Shown here: piece after piece, positions 28,230 through 40,042 of the stretch | How the letters are laid out: each line of letters starts with the position of its first letter | How positions within the stretch are numbered: the first letter of the stretch is position 1 | From: Octopus vulgaris | Taxonomy: Eukaryota | Direction: 5' to 3' | Length of the DNA stretch: 64,000 nucleotides | NCBI GenBank assembly: GCA_951406725.2 | Contig: OX597832.1 | Coordinates: forward strand, 36,704,001 to 36,768,000 | The notes under the pieces: generated by a model | Seen by the model: only the letters and a program-made list of their open reading frames with translations | What the model was told of the DNA's origin: nothing | Databases searched by the model: none | Made by a program: the position numbers and the translations under genes

Positions 28230-28765
28230 GTTGAATATCATCCCAGCAACAATTCACAGTGTCATATTTCATCTAGGCCTGTGACTACAGGGTATACATC
28301 ATTGACAAGGTCCTATAAGGACAAAAAGGCATCTGGTGTTTCTGTGAGTTGCTGCTAGGATATGTTTTCAATACATGTCTATGGAGAGACATTTCCTCAG
28401 ACAAAACCACAGCATCATGCTTGTCAATGGTGTGTGTGTGTGTGTGTTTTAAGTATACTACACAGATGGCATTTATAATTTAATACTGTTTCAATTGTGT
28501 ACACTGAATTAATTTTCACCTGACAAGCTTTCAGCAGCATCACTTTGCTATTTATCAGAGTTGAGAGATTTCATCTAGGCATTTAACTGCTGAATACATA
28601 CCATGGAGAAACCCCAAGAGGGGTGAAGTGTAAATTGTGTTTTTAATACTTGTCTATGAAGAGATTCTTCTCTCAGACAAAAGCTACAGCATCATGCCTG
28701 TCAATAGTGTATATTATGATACACAGATGGTATTTATAATTACATGTTGTTTTTCAATAATTCAT
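28230..28765 (-). mobile_element. Second hammerhead-bearing tandem unit (about 280-300 bp period), decayed
   Basis: Direct repeats 28266-28495 vs 28568-28765 (tttcatctaggc; tgtctatg.agaga...cagcatcatgc.tgtcaat.gtgt; acacagatgg.atttataatt) flank a hammerhead-like core. Inverted arms of about 30 bp at 28230-28259 and 28342-28374. Confidence 0.6.
28514..28566 (-). ncRNA. Degenerate type I hammerhead motif
   Basis: Minus strand reads tctcaact CTGATaA atagca-aagtga-tgctgct GAAA gctt GTC aggtgaaa. Stem II pairs and stem I pairs 6/8; catalytic G8 is changed to A. Confidence 0.55.
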
Positions 28766-29265
28766 CCTTTTATAGTTCATTAAAACTGCTTCCCAAACTA
28801 CAATATTCTGTAAGAGGAACACCTGAAGATGGAAAGTGAAACCAGAGAGGCTTCTACGATCCATTTAATCTGTATTCCTACCCTTTTCCATGTTTATTCT
28901 GTTTCGTTTCAACCTTTCCCCCTGAAATCCTTTTTCTCTGCTATCGTATGATATCAAGCATTTTCTGGTTTAAGTAGAGAGAAATTTAATTTAATTAGAA
29001 AATTTTGAAAGAGTTAAGTTTTCTTTATAGTAAATCTAATTTATTCAATGTTTTTTTTTTTTTCTTCCCCATCAATGCCATCCTTTCTTCAGTTATCTTT
29101 GGATTTAACTTTAGTTGTTTATTTTTATTGCAATTTAAAAAAAAAAAAATTTCGTTTTATTTTACTGATTTTTCAAAAAATGTTACTCGATACCATGTTA
29201 CATTGTTAATCACTTAATAAACTGATGGGATTTTCATTATTATTTTTTTTTTTTTGTCTTTTCAG

Positions 29266-29313
29266 GTTGATTTTGAACAAGATTGGGAATATGAAGAAAT
29301 TGCTTTGGAGAGG
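29266..29313 (+). CDS. dlg1: Discs large (Dlg1/SAP97-type MAGUK) internal exon, VDFEQDWEYEEIALER, entry into PDZ1
   Basis: Strong acceptor (t)n-gtcttttcag, donor AGG|gtaggt, 48 nt, phase 0/0. Peptide matches the recalled DLG1 VNGTDADYEYEEITLER and Drosophila VNGDDSWLYEDIQLER segments that precede GNSGLGFSIAGG. Confidence 0.88.
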
Positions 29314-29515
29314 GTAGGTCTCTGACAGAATCATTCTCTTGGAACTAATTTTCTTAATGCTGTCAATGATTTATCTTCTCATCTTATATGGATTTTCTTC
29401 TAATTTCTTCCTCTGTCTTCTCCTTCTTTCATCTCTTCCTCCTCCTCCTCTTCTTCTCTCATCTCCTCTTTTTTCTCTTTTACTTTCTCCCTCCCCTTCT
29501 CTCAGTATTCTTCAG

Positions 29516-29658
29516 AAACGTCACCCTTTTTCTGTTGTCTTAAGGGGTTCATTTCTGTTTGATTGTTTCACCTGTTCGGTAAAGTAAAGGAATGTTAAGG
29601 CCCTGGGGTTGAGGAAGATAGTGCGTGGGGGTCACATAAAAAGGTTGGGTGTGGCAAT
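29516..29658 (+). pseudogene. Candidate decayed copy of the PDZ1 first-half exon (one in-frame TAA at 29585)
   Basis: Follows a long pyrimidine tract and ttcag. Reads KRHPFSVVLRG...K*RNVKALGLRKIVRGGHIKRLGVA+AT|gtaaca. LRKIVRGGHIKRLG is in register with recalled ITKIIPGGAAAQDG, and a phase-2 GT falls at the matching position. Similarity is weak. Confidence 0.35.
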
Positions 29659-29894
29659 GTAACATTGTAGAAAAATGGAGTGGGTGGGGGGTGAAAGAAT
29701 GGGATGGTGCTAATTCAATGTTTCTTTTCATCAACTTCCATTCTGCCAACCATTCACATAAGTCACGTTCTTGTTAAATATCACCACCACCATCAACGCT
29801 AACACTGCAACTGCCAACACTGCTACTACACTATCACACCACCACCAACACTACTGCTACGTCCATTACCATTTTAACTTATACCAAAATGTTT

Positions 29895-30190
29895 CATCAT
29901 CATCATCATTGACAACATTTAGCATCCGTTTTCCATGCTGGCATGGGTTGGATGGTTTGAGAGGAACTGACCAGCTGAAGAGCTGTCCAGGCTACGTGTC
30001 TGTTTTGGTAAGGTTTCTATGGCAGGATGCCCTTTCTAATGCCAACCACTTTACAGAGTGTACTGGGTGATTTTTATGTGACACCTTAGTTTTAGGATCT
30101 CAGTTCTGTTGTGGTGGGCAGATTTTCTTAAGTGCAGCAAAGCACCACATATCTCAATCCTCTGTCAGCTCCTCCATAAGATTCAGCATT
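29895..30190 (-). mobile_element. RTE-tail repeat fragment
   Basis: catcatcatc...catccgttttccatgctggcatgggttggatggtttga, matching the tail at 58681. Confidence 0.65.
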
Positions 30191-30261
30191 TTCCATTACT
30201 GTTATTTTTAATGGGTTGGACAGGTTTGTAAAGTCACACACACACACCTCCTTGCATTTAG

Positions 30262-30374
30262 TGTCTCTGAATATAGTATTCACATTCGCTCTGTAACGCA
30301 GACCTATGTCATCTCATTCATAAAGTCCATTGTTGATACACTCCGCCTAGCTGTAAAAAGGTTATTATGTGCAG
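30262..30374 (+). CDS. Candidate diverged PDZ second-half exon (VSEYSIHIRSVTQTYVISFIKSIVDTLRLAVKRLLCA), phase 2 to 1
   Basis: Acceptor ctccttgcatttag, donor CAG|gtacgt, open frame. Ungapped 9/28 identity with the recalled DLG1 PDZ1 segment [28 protein letters not shown], with hydrophobic register conserved. Confidence 0.5.
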
Positions 30375-30892
30375 GTACGTTTCACTGCTTTTCATTGCTT
30401 CATCTGGCAGTGCTGAGTGCAGGAATGGCAGCCTTTCACTAACAAAGACAGTTTTGTGTTTCATCAGAGTTATGTTGATAGTTCAGTTAGTGTGAGCATA
30501 TTTAATACATGACATATTAAAAAGCTAACTTGAGATAAAGGTTAATTAGCTAAAAATATGTTACAGTGAATTAATTTGATATGAAATGCTGGATTTCCAA
30601 CTTTTTAGATTTTTGTATTTCTTCAAAGATTGGCAGGATATAGAGGCTAAAACTAAAACAAATATGCAGTAAGAAAAAACTGTTTTTGGAGAATGGCTTT
30701 TAAAAAATATTTATTTTACAGCAAGTACAAATGAAAATTAACTCTGAACATGTTTTTGCTGTATTCTGACCTTTTCAGTGAAATCTTATTTATTGTTTAA
30801 AAAAATACTATTGGTGTCTTCCAGTTCCAATATCAGTGACAACAATTATAGATCCACTCAAAAGGCTTTGGTCAGGCAACATAGTTCTAGAT

Positions 30893-31140
30893 CAGTGGTT
30901 CTCAACTGAGGTCCATATGACCCTTGGGGTCCATATAAGATTTTGTTGTTAAAATTTATGTGTAATGAATCGGTTATACTTCTTCAATACACAAAATATT
31001 AAAATTTTTTTATACAGTTCCTAATAATATTTGATTATAAAAATGTAAGGGATTTTTTTAACATCAAATTGCTAGAAGGGTTCATCCATGTAAATAGGAA
31101 TCAGAGGGGTCCATAGGTGAAAAATGGTAGAGAAACATTG
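30893..31140 (+). mobile_element. hAT (Charlie-like) MITE
   Basis: Termini cagtggttctcaac...ggtagagaaacattg. 8-bp TSD-like flanks ttctagat/ctcaagat. Second copy at 44674-44997. Confidence 0.75.
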
Positions 31141-32387
31141 CTCAAGATGTATAAAAAGATGGAATGGTCACACCTTTGAATCATAGGTTTGCTGGGTCAG
31201 GGCTGACCAGCAGCTAAACAAGAATACTTATATATATGTCTCAAGATTTGCAGATGCTCCAACTACAGCAAAAAAAGACTCAATATAGAATAGTTGTGGC
31301 TAAAACTGATATTTTGATTTCTTTCTACCATTTCCATGCGTGTATTTCTCGCTCCATTTCTCACTAAAATCTATTTTCATTGTTCACTTTTGGCAAAAGT
31401 TTTCTAAAACTAATTCTTCCATAAAACAGTAACTGAAGATATTTCAACTCTTATCTCACAAATCTTTTTTTTTTTATTATTATTTTCTTTTTATCCATTA
31501 AAAACACTCTTCTTTGATTTCTTTTCATTTTCTTCTCCATCATCATCATCATCGCCACCACCATCACTATTTCACTGCTTTTTTTGCTTTTTTTTCTTGT
31601 TATTATTTTTCTTAGAACTTCTTTTCTTGTTGTTCTTCATCAGTATTTTTTTCCCCATCTTTTAAGCTGCTGTTCTTTTAGCTAAAAGTGAAACATGCCA
31701 CTTCAGTTGTCTTTCTCCATCAGAATTGCTTCCTCTGTTCCGCACCTTTCTGCAGTTTCCTCCTCCTCCACCGCCTCTTTCCATCTATAAGTGGTTTCTT
31801 CAGTTTTAAATGATTCCATTTAATGTTACACTGATCAGTCATTACTGACCCTCACTGCTGATACCCTCCTCTACTGTTATCACTACTACCACCACCACCT
31901 GATTGCCAACACACTCCTCTACCGCCACCACCACAGTGCTGATACACCACTAGTGGTAACACTACCACAACCACCTCATAGCTGACACATTCCTCTACTT
32001 CCACCACGACCACCACCTCACTATTACCACCAATACAACCCCACATACACACATCTTCCAGTGAGACCAGACAAATACAAGTAACATATACAGCTGTATC
32101 TTCAAAAAACCATATTGACCCCAAATGTGTTGGGACTCACACCATTAAGTGCAGAGGAACAGCTGGTGTCATGCTAGGTCAACTTTCCTTGTCTCTGCGA
32201 GAGCCATTACCAGGATCTGCAGAGAACAGAAATAAACTGGACAGAGTGGGAAGCATAACACACTGACTGCATCACAGTGGAATTCATGTCGGTCGTCATT
32301 GACTACAGAAGCAGCCTGGACAGTGCAACATGCCTGGCCTGTCATACCACATCATGTACGGCTCATTACTGCATGTGACCAATCATA

Positions 32388-32822
32388 TTGGTTTCAAATT
32401 TTGGCACAAGGCTAGCAATTTCGGGAGAAGGGGCAAGTCAATTACATCAACCTCAGTGTGCAACTGGTACTTATTTTATTGACCCTGAAAGGATGAAAGG
32501 CAAAGTTGACCTCTGGAATTTGAACTCATAAATTAAAGACAAACAAAATGCCACTAAGTATTTTGCCTGGAATGCTAATGGTTCTGCCAGCTCACTGTAT
32601 GAATCATCTTGGTCTCAAATTTTGGCATAAAGCCAGCAATATTGGGGAGGGGTTAAGTCAATAACATTAACCCATGTTTGACTGGTACTCATTTTATCAA
32701 CCCCGAAAGGGTGAAAGGTAAAGTCGACCTTGGCAGAACTTGAACTCAGAACATAAGGATGGATGAAATGCCGCTAAGCATTTTACCCAGCATGCTAATA
32801 GTTTTACCAATTCACTGCCTTA
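32388..32822 (-). mobile_element. Two head-to-tail Nin-domain SINEs (family B)
   Basis: Each has actggtact(t/c)attttat..accc.gaaagg.tgaaagg.aaagt.gacct, the reverse complement of the Nin-domain GCCTTTCATCC..GGGTCGATAAAAT.AGTACCAG, plus a tRNA-like head. Confidence 0.8.
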
Positions 32823-33039
32823 TGTGTGATGAATCATACTAAGTGCAATTTGTGGTCCTTAGCTAGATGGAGTCATAGTAAAACTGAGGCTACCTTGGTA
32901 TCATAGGACACCTGGTTCAGTGCTAACCTGGAGCTATAAACCACTACAATCCACTCTGACACCACCACTATTCTACTCTTCATCCCCTCCAAACCACCAT
33001 GTATTAAATCAATCAATATAACTATATATTTTATATGTG

Positions 33040-33079
<40 letters not shown>

Positions 33080-35192
33080 TCATGTCTTCCAACCATTTAA
33101 CCATTGCAGCTTTCATATTCTGTACATCCTAACTTCTTTTCTAGTAACATTAAGTAATTCTTCAAATTTAGAGCTTTTACTTCCTTGACTCCCCCTCCTC
33201 TTCCTCCTCCTCCTTTCTCTTTGTCTCTTCTTTTGTTTCACCATTCTCATTGCAATGATTCATGTTCACTGCTAATGACATGGCCCAACAAACAATTCAG
33301 ATATCTCACTTTTTCCTTATTTCTCTCTCTCTCTCTCTCTCTCATGATTCGTCATATTTGCTATATAACACTGCTACAATCATTATAGTCTGTAACTATT
33401 TAGTAGAATAGTACCATCTTACTATAAAAATCTCTTAACTCCTAATTCACGTGGTATGTCAATGATCAATAAATAAGAACCAGCATCGTCCTAGGTTTGC
33501 GGAACAAATAAAACAGTGCAGTGACAACAAGCAGGAACATGACTGAAAGAACACGAATGCATTTCGCATCTCTTGGGCATTTCCCTAAACAGCTCACAAC
33601 TGGACATCCTCCTGATGCCAATATCTTGGGGCGGGGTGGGGGGGGGGGGTGATTACCACATTTTGTCAAATGGTAGCCATCTCACATTCAGCCTAATTAT
33701 GAGACATCACTAGCTTTAAGTGACAAAAGGTTGTACAGCACTCTCCCCACTCCACTGGTCATCATAGTAGGCTCCAGTGACAAGCACTGTTAGATGACTG
33801 GTACTATTTTGACTGCAAGTTATATATATACCCACATGGTTTTTCTGACCAAATATGTTGTAGGATAATTTCCTAAAGGTATTATTTGGAGACTACCAAA
33901 TATATGAAGAACTGAACTAGAATGGAGAGGTTTCCAACGATAACTCTCAGTGATATCAACTGTATTCTACCGACTGTTTGTTCATTGCTTTGATGAGGTA
34001 ATTAATAGGATTGAAATAGAATTTCTCCAATCTAAAAGATCTATCAATCAGTCTCTATGTGGTTACATGATTCACTAGAAATCACAGCCAGATCCCCTTA
34101 AATCATGCTCAACCTCTTCAAAGAGGAGAATTCTGGTGAATGTGGTTGAAACTGTACAGTGCCTGAGGTTAGATTGTCTTTGGATTAAGCCTAACTGTGG
34201 ATTTAGAACACTAATCTCCAGCTAAGCGACATTGAACTTGTTAGACAAGGGACAAGTATTGTTATTATCAGGGTAGAAGAAGCATGGATGGATGGAGTTT
34301 GGGTTGGTTGTTTTTACCCAAGTCAGTTGTAATTGAGAAAAATCTATAATTGAATATATACCAGCTATGATCATACTGTCTTTTTACATATAAGGGGCTT
34401 CTTTGTTGTTCAATGTATCCTTTATTTTGACAACAAAGCTTGGACTGGAGATTTTGCTGCTATTTCTAGTATATTAAGTGACATCCTAGAGGCTCTCTAA
34501 TCTTTCAGAAATTCTATTCTAGTGTTATGGTGATAGTGGGAATGGCGTTGCATTGCCGATTGCATTATTGTTGTGATGATGGTGATGTTGTAGTACTGGT
34601 GATGGTGTTGTAGTGTTGATGATAGCCATTATCAGACCTGGTAGTCTTCATTACTCTGCTACAACTATAATATCAATTATATACAGCTACTTTATAATGT
34701 GTATTTCACAGAGATGTTGATAACTGTAGGTAAGCAGAGGCGTATAGGAGTAAGTATATCAGTAGATGAACAACAGAACATGTTTAACAATTGTAAATTG
34801 TGCTCCACTTATTGCATTATTTTCTACCTAGGCCCTCAGTAAGCTTTCCCTAATATGCAATTATCAAAACCAAGTTATTATTAGTTACTGCACAAAAATA
34901 TCTCTTGGACAGTTAACATTTGCTGGAGCGAATTAATTCTCTCTTTGACTTCATAATTTGTACTACAAAGTAGTAATAGCTTGCTAGTGTAGTTCTTGAT
35001 GTTGTTGTTGTTGTGATGGTGTTTCTGGCAGTTCTTATTTTCCTTGTTCATTTTATAATAGCTCTTGTCTTAAGTAAAACGAAGAATGCTTCCTGTGATG
35101 ATTGCTAGAGGGCAAGACATTACAACGAAATATGCTTGTCTTATTTGTTGAGCCACATTTTCACTGCAGCAGCTAATATCGGAAAAGCAAAT

Positions 35193-35226
<34 letters not shown>

Positions 35227-36192
35227 TGTGTGTGTGTGCACATATATGGAATTACAATGGCAATTATCTGTGAAATTCCAGCTTAACCTGGCAGAAAGTT
35301 CACATGTGAAGTACTACAGTTTATTAAGCCACTCTTATAAAATGAAGTCCTTTGTAAAATATGCGTATCTGTGGCTTCTCTTTAAACAGCAAACTGCAAA
35401 GGAAGAATATGAAGACAAAGAAGATGACACCAAACTGTCTTCTTTCTGCTCTGTTTCATGTATTTATTGGTGATCTACTCTTTGTGTTCACGTGAAAACT
35501 GTCATATATTTACTCCACGAAGCTCTGCTTGTTCTCATCTGTTTTCATCTGTTTATGCTTTGAAAATCGCTTTCGTTGCTAAAATCATTTTTATGATGCA
35601 AAAAATTGTTTGGAAGGCTACAGATGTTTCCACTGCGCTGATTGTGTAGATTTTTTATTGTTTTTATTTTTGTGAAATCATATCTTTTTGGGCTTAACAT
35701 CTTCTATAGAAATGTGTGTCTGTGTGTCCGTGTGTGTTTGCAGCATTACAACTTTATATTTGTTCTTTTGTTTTTGTTTCTGTCATAACAATAGTGTATG
35801 CATCTTCTAAGGGAAGGGTGGGAGTGGTGGTGTGTAATATATATATATAAAGAATTGGAATTCGGCTAAATTGTGTCGAATTCCTTACTTTAAGAGATGA
35901 GAGAGAGAGAGTAAACAAAAGATGCGTGTGCATATATGTGCATATGCCACACTTAAACAACATTTTCTATATTTTTCAAAATTTCAATTAAATGATTTTA
36001 TTGAAGTTATATTCCTTAAATATTGTAGATTCTAAGCACTCATAAAGGGAGTTTTGTTGTCCAATTGCATGATTATTTTTAATTAGTTTTCCACTCAAAT
36101 ATATGTATACACACACACACACACACACACACGAATGACTGAGAGGACAAATGAAAGAAAAGGCATTCAATACATTTATTGGGAGTTATATG

Positions 36193-36367
36193 TATTGTTT
36201 AAAGCAGATCAATTTGGATTCCGTGCTATTTCACGTTTCGCAAGCCCCTAACAGAGCCTGTCTCCTCAGGCTGGTGGGATATCCGAATGCCTGAGGAGAC
36301 AGGCTTTGTCAGGGGTTTGTGGAACTTGAAGTAGCATGGAATCCGAATCAAACTGCTTTGAACAATA
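36193..36367. mobile_element. 79-bp-arm fold-back made of two inverted hammerhead-like motifs
   Basis: Arms 36193-36271 and 36289-36367 with a 17-nt loop. Each arm reads CTGAGGA-stem II-G(A/G)AAC-ntgaa-(G/A)TA-gca. Confidence 0.7.
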
Positions 36368-36594
36368 TAGGGATATGTGTGTGTGTGTTTATATATAGAG
36401 AGAACAGGAGATGCTGTAGATGACGTTGCCAGAAGTGCAGGTGAAGGAGTCAGTGATATGATAGGGTCAATGATGGGTGCCTATATATGTATATATATAT
36501 CTATATATATGTATATAGATCAATATATATATGTATATATATCTATATGTATATATATCTATATGTATATAGATCAATATATATATATATATAT

Positions 36595-36745
36595 GACAAG
36601 CTTCCTTCAGTTTCCGTCTGCCAAATCCTCTCACGATGCTTTGGTTGGCTTGAGATGGTGGAAGATACTTGCCCAAAGTGTCACACATTGGGACTGAACC
36701 TGGTACCATGTGGTTGGGAAGCAAGCTTCTTACCACACAGCCACA
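36595..36745 (-). mobile_element. SINE family A, 5' half
   Basis: cagtttccgtctgccaaatcc...cttgcccaaagtgtcac...agcaagcttcttaccacacagcca. Confidence 0.7.
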
Positions 36746-36759
36746 AATTGATAAGTTCT

Positions 36760-38005
36760 CAATATTATATGAATAATCCGACCAAGTTCCAGTGTTTGGG
36801 GTGGTGAGCCACAATGGATATCTCCATGAACAATATTAATGATTTGCCTCCTAGTTATTTCTGATGGAACAAGATCAGTATTGCAAAGAAAACTGTTTTC
36901 CAGAGTTAATCGGTTTAACATGCCTGTTGGGTCTTTCAGCCGTGGAGCAGTTAGTTCAAGCATTCTTTTTTAAATTTTCTTTTATTTTTATATATATATT
37001 CTGGATAAGATTTTGCCTAATATCAGATCATGTAGTGTTTTTAAGACTAGTCAATCAGAATGCAACATGTCAGTTCCTATACAGTATATGAATTTATCAT
37101 CATCTTCATCATAACTGTTGTCTCTTGTTTACAATCTAAAACAAAAGTGCTAATGTAGGTATTGAAATCATTTACCATGTTTTGGGTAGTCCATTTTAGT
37201 ATCCTCAAAGACTTATACACCTGGAATTTCTTTATGTGAGTTACAGATGAATTCAAGATGTCTATGATTTTATCTAAGCAGAAATTTTTTAAATATGAAA
37301 GAGATGGTTTGTGGTCCCTACAGTTGGTGAAGTCTCTCAGTTCCTGAATAATTAAATTCAGCACAAGTTGACCTCTTAAATAAATATAGCACTAGGTGGG
37401 TTATCCTACTTTAGAATTCTTGAGTTAGCATTTTTAGAATTCTCACATGCATTGACATTTTTGCTGACATCAAACATCTGCACAAGAGAACTTTAAACAA
37501 GAGCACTTTTCAAAATTCTTGAATGCCATTTGGTGAACATTAGTGCAAGCAAGATTAACATTTTTTTGGTGCCATTTTGCAAATGTTTTAATCATTTCAA
37601 AATATTTTGCTAAATACCACCCATAAAAATTCACCATTCCTAAAACTAATTCCAATTCTTTCTTAGAGAAAGGAAATACATCCAATATTTTCTAGCTGAA
37701 ACATTGATCTGAAGAATCACATCCCTCTGAAATGGAATATCCCAAATATCTTTGTTATTTGTGATGTTTCAATATTGCAAGGTGCACTCAAATCTATGTC
37801 ATGATAGAATATGTCGTTTTTTTTATATATCACCTCGCAAGGTCCTTTCTATTGTACTTTGAAAAACAGTAGAAGCAGTTTTTATGCCAGAGGTCGTTCG
37901 TGTCCCTCTTAACAAAGCATCAGAGATATTAATGGTTTTGATTTCATTATATGTGTATATGAATTTGAGGCTATGTAACTTGGAGATAGAATTTTGAAAA
38001 AGTGT
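36760..38005 (-). pseudogene. Ty3/Gypsy pol remnant (RT end, connector, integrase zinc-binding region), frameshifted
   Basis: Minus-strand peptides SGIKTASTVFQSTIERTL, KYLGYSIS, SKKELELVLGMVNFYGWYL...HQMAFKN and RQIINIVHGDIHCG occur in Gypsy order. Confidence 0.75.
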
Positions 38006-39817
38006 GGCCATTGTGTGTGTTATGTAATATATTTATATGTATATGTGTGATCTTATGTGTATATATATATATATGTGTATGTGTGTGTGTGTATATATAT
38101 GTGTGTGTGTATATAAATGTGTGTATATATGTGTGTGTGTGTATATATATGTGTGTGTGTGTGTGTGTAAATATGTATGTGTATGAGAGTGTATGCATAT
38201 AATATATATGTACATGTGTGTGTATGTTTATTAAAAAAAGAAAAGAATACATTTCAATGTCAGTTGCTATAATTAACTTGAAAATGATTTCCATTTCATA
38301 GAAATGTTGGTTTCAATATTTCACAACTGAAAAAAAAACATTGGTTTATATCCAGTGTTGGTTTGTTGTTTGGTAGTTTAGACAGGAGAGCGGAGCAGAA
38401 ATCAGCTTGTTTGTTTGTTGTTGTTATACATGGTATTGTAGCTGCCATACACATTATTGTGCATGCATGCATAAATATGTGTATATATATTTGTATGTGT
38501 ACATATATAAATGCATGTATATATATATATGCATCTATATATGTATGTATGTATGTATAAGTGTGTGTAGGTAGGTACATATGTAGCTATATGTTTATAA
38601 TTCTAAATTTATAAAAAGCATTTAGTTATTGTAGATGATGATTTTGATGTTGTACCTACTGTTTCATACTGTAATTGTAAATGTTGTTATAGATGCTGTA
38701 ATTGTAGACGCTGTCGTTGTTGTCCATACTGCTGGTGATGTTGTCAATGTTGCTGCTGTTGTTGTCAGATGTTGTTTTGACAGTCTTATATTTTTAGTTT
38801 TTCATCAAATCAAACTGCTGCTTTGTTCTCTTTTTGTTGGTTGTTCATATTTCTATATTTTTTCTATTTTTTTCTTTAATGAATTTTTACAACTTTCCTT
38901 TTTAAGTTGTTGATTTTTCTGGGTGGGGCTAGGTTGGTAGAGGGGTATGTGAGCGGGGTCCCCCCCCCACTTCCCTGTTTGGTTGTAAATTGATATTAAA
39001 ATATATATTTAGCAGCAACATCAGTAGATATTGTTATACTTTAGACTGAAACTCTTCAAACTGAAGACAGCTTATGTCATTGTTGATGTGGTAATGGTGG
39101 TGGTAGATTTGGGGGAGGTGTGTAATGTTGATGTCGTAGTGGTGGTGGTGGTAGTAGTGCGTGATAGATTTAACATCTGACTTTAAAATGGTAAATCATT
39201 GATAAAAACTCAGCTATAAATTTTATATTTTTTTACCATCATAGTTAAGCATCTCACTTGTGATGGTGGTGGTGGTGGTGGTAATGATGGCGGTAGCAGT
39301 GGTGGTTGTGGTGGTGGTGGTGTTAGTTGTGGTTGTAACGGTGATGGTACAGTATTGGGGATAGTGGTTTTAGTGGGAGTGATGGTCTTGTGGTGGTGGT
39401 GTAGCTGAGATGATGATGATGCACTATTAGGGACTCTGTTATAGCAGTCGTGATGATAATGATGATGGGAGTGAGGTGGTGGTGGTCACGAATTTCCATT
39501 AAACAACTTCAAGGAATCCATTTATAAATCCTAGCTCAAAAGAACTTCAAGGATGAATGTAAATAGCTTGTGAGATATCTCAACATGGTTCCTTGGTCTG
39601 CATGAAATAGCAGTCAAATGACACACTAATGTTTTAAAAAAAAGTGGGGGTGTATTGAGTAGGGTAGTCCTTGCTATCAAAAAACATATTGATGGCTGGA
39701 ATGTCTTTGCTCATAGTTTTACTTAATCTAAGTTGATCTAGGATTAAGCAACACTCCTAGTTTTATTGTTTAGCCTTGGGTCAGTGAGAGCAAGTATGAT
39801 CAGAAGTATTGCAAACA

Positions 39818-40042
39818 TTACTGCCCACAAGGGGCTAGACACAGAGGGGACAAACAAGGACAGACAAAACGGATTAAGTCAATTATATTGACCCCAGTGT
39901 GTAACTGGTACTTATTTAATCGACCCCAAAGAGATGAAAGGCAAAGTCGACTTCGGTGGAATTTGAACTCAGAACGTAACGGCAGATGAAATACTGCTAG
40001 GCATTTCACCCGGTGTGCTAACATTTCTGCCAGCTCGCCACC
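39818..40042 (-). mobile_element. Nin-domain SINE (family B), well preserved
   Basis: actggtacttatttaatcgaccccaaagagatgaaaggcaaagtcgac...atttgaactcagaacgta...tctgccagctcgcc. Confidence 0.85.

Noticed and set aside
28823-28855. + strand CTGAAGA-tgg...cca-GAGA hammerhead-like string
   Set aside because: GAAA is broken and there is no stem I, stem III or repeat context.
35389-35460. Acceptor followed by QTAKEEYEDKEDD, superficially like the EYEE exon
   Set aside because: No credible donor; the similarity is compositional.
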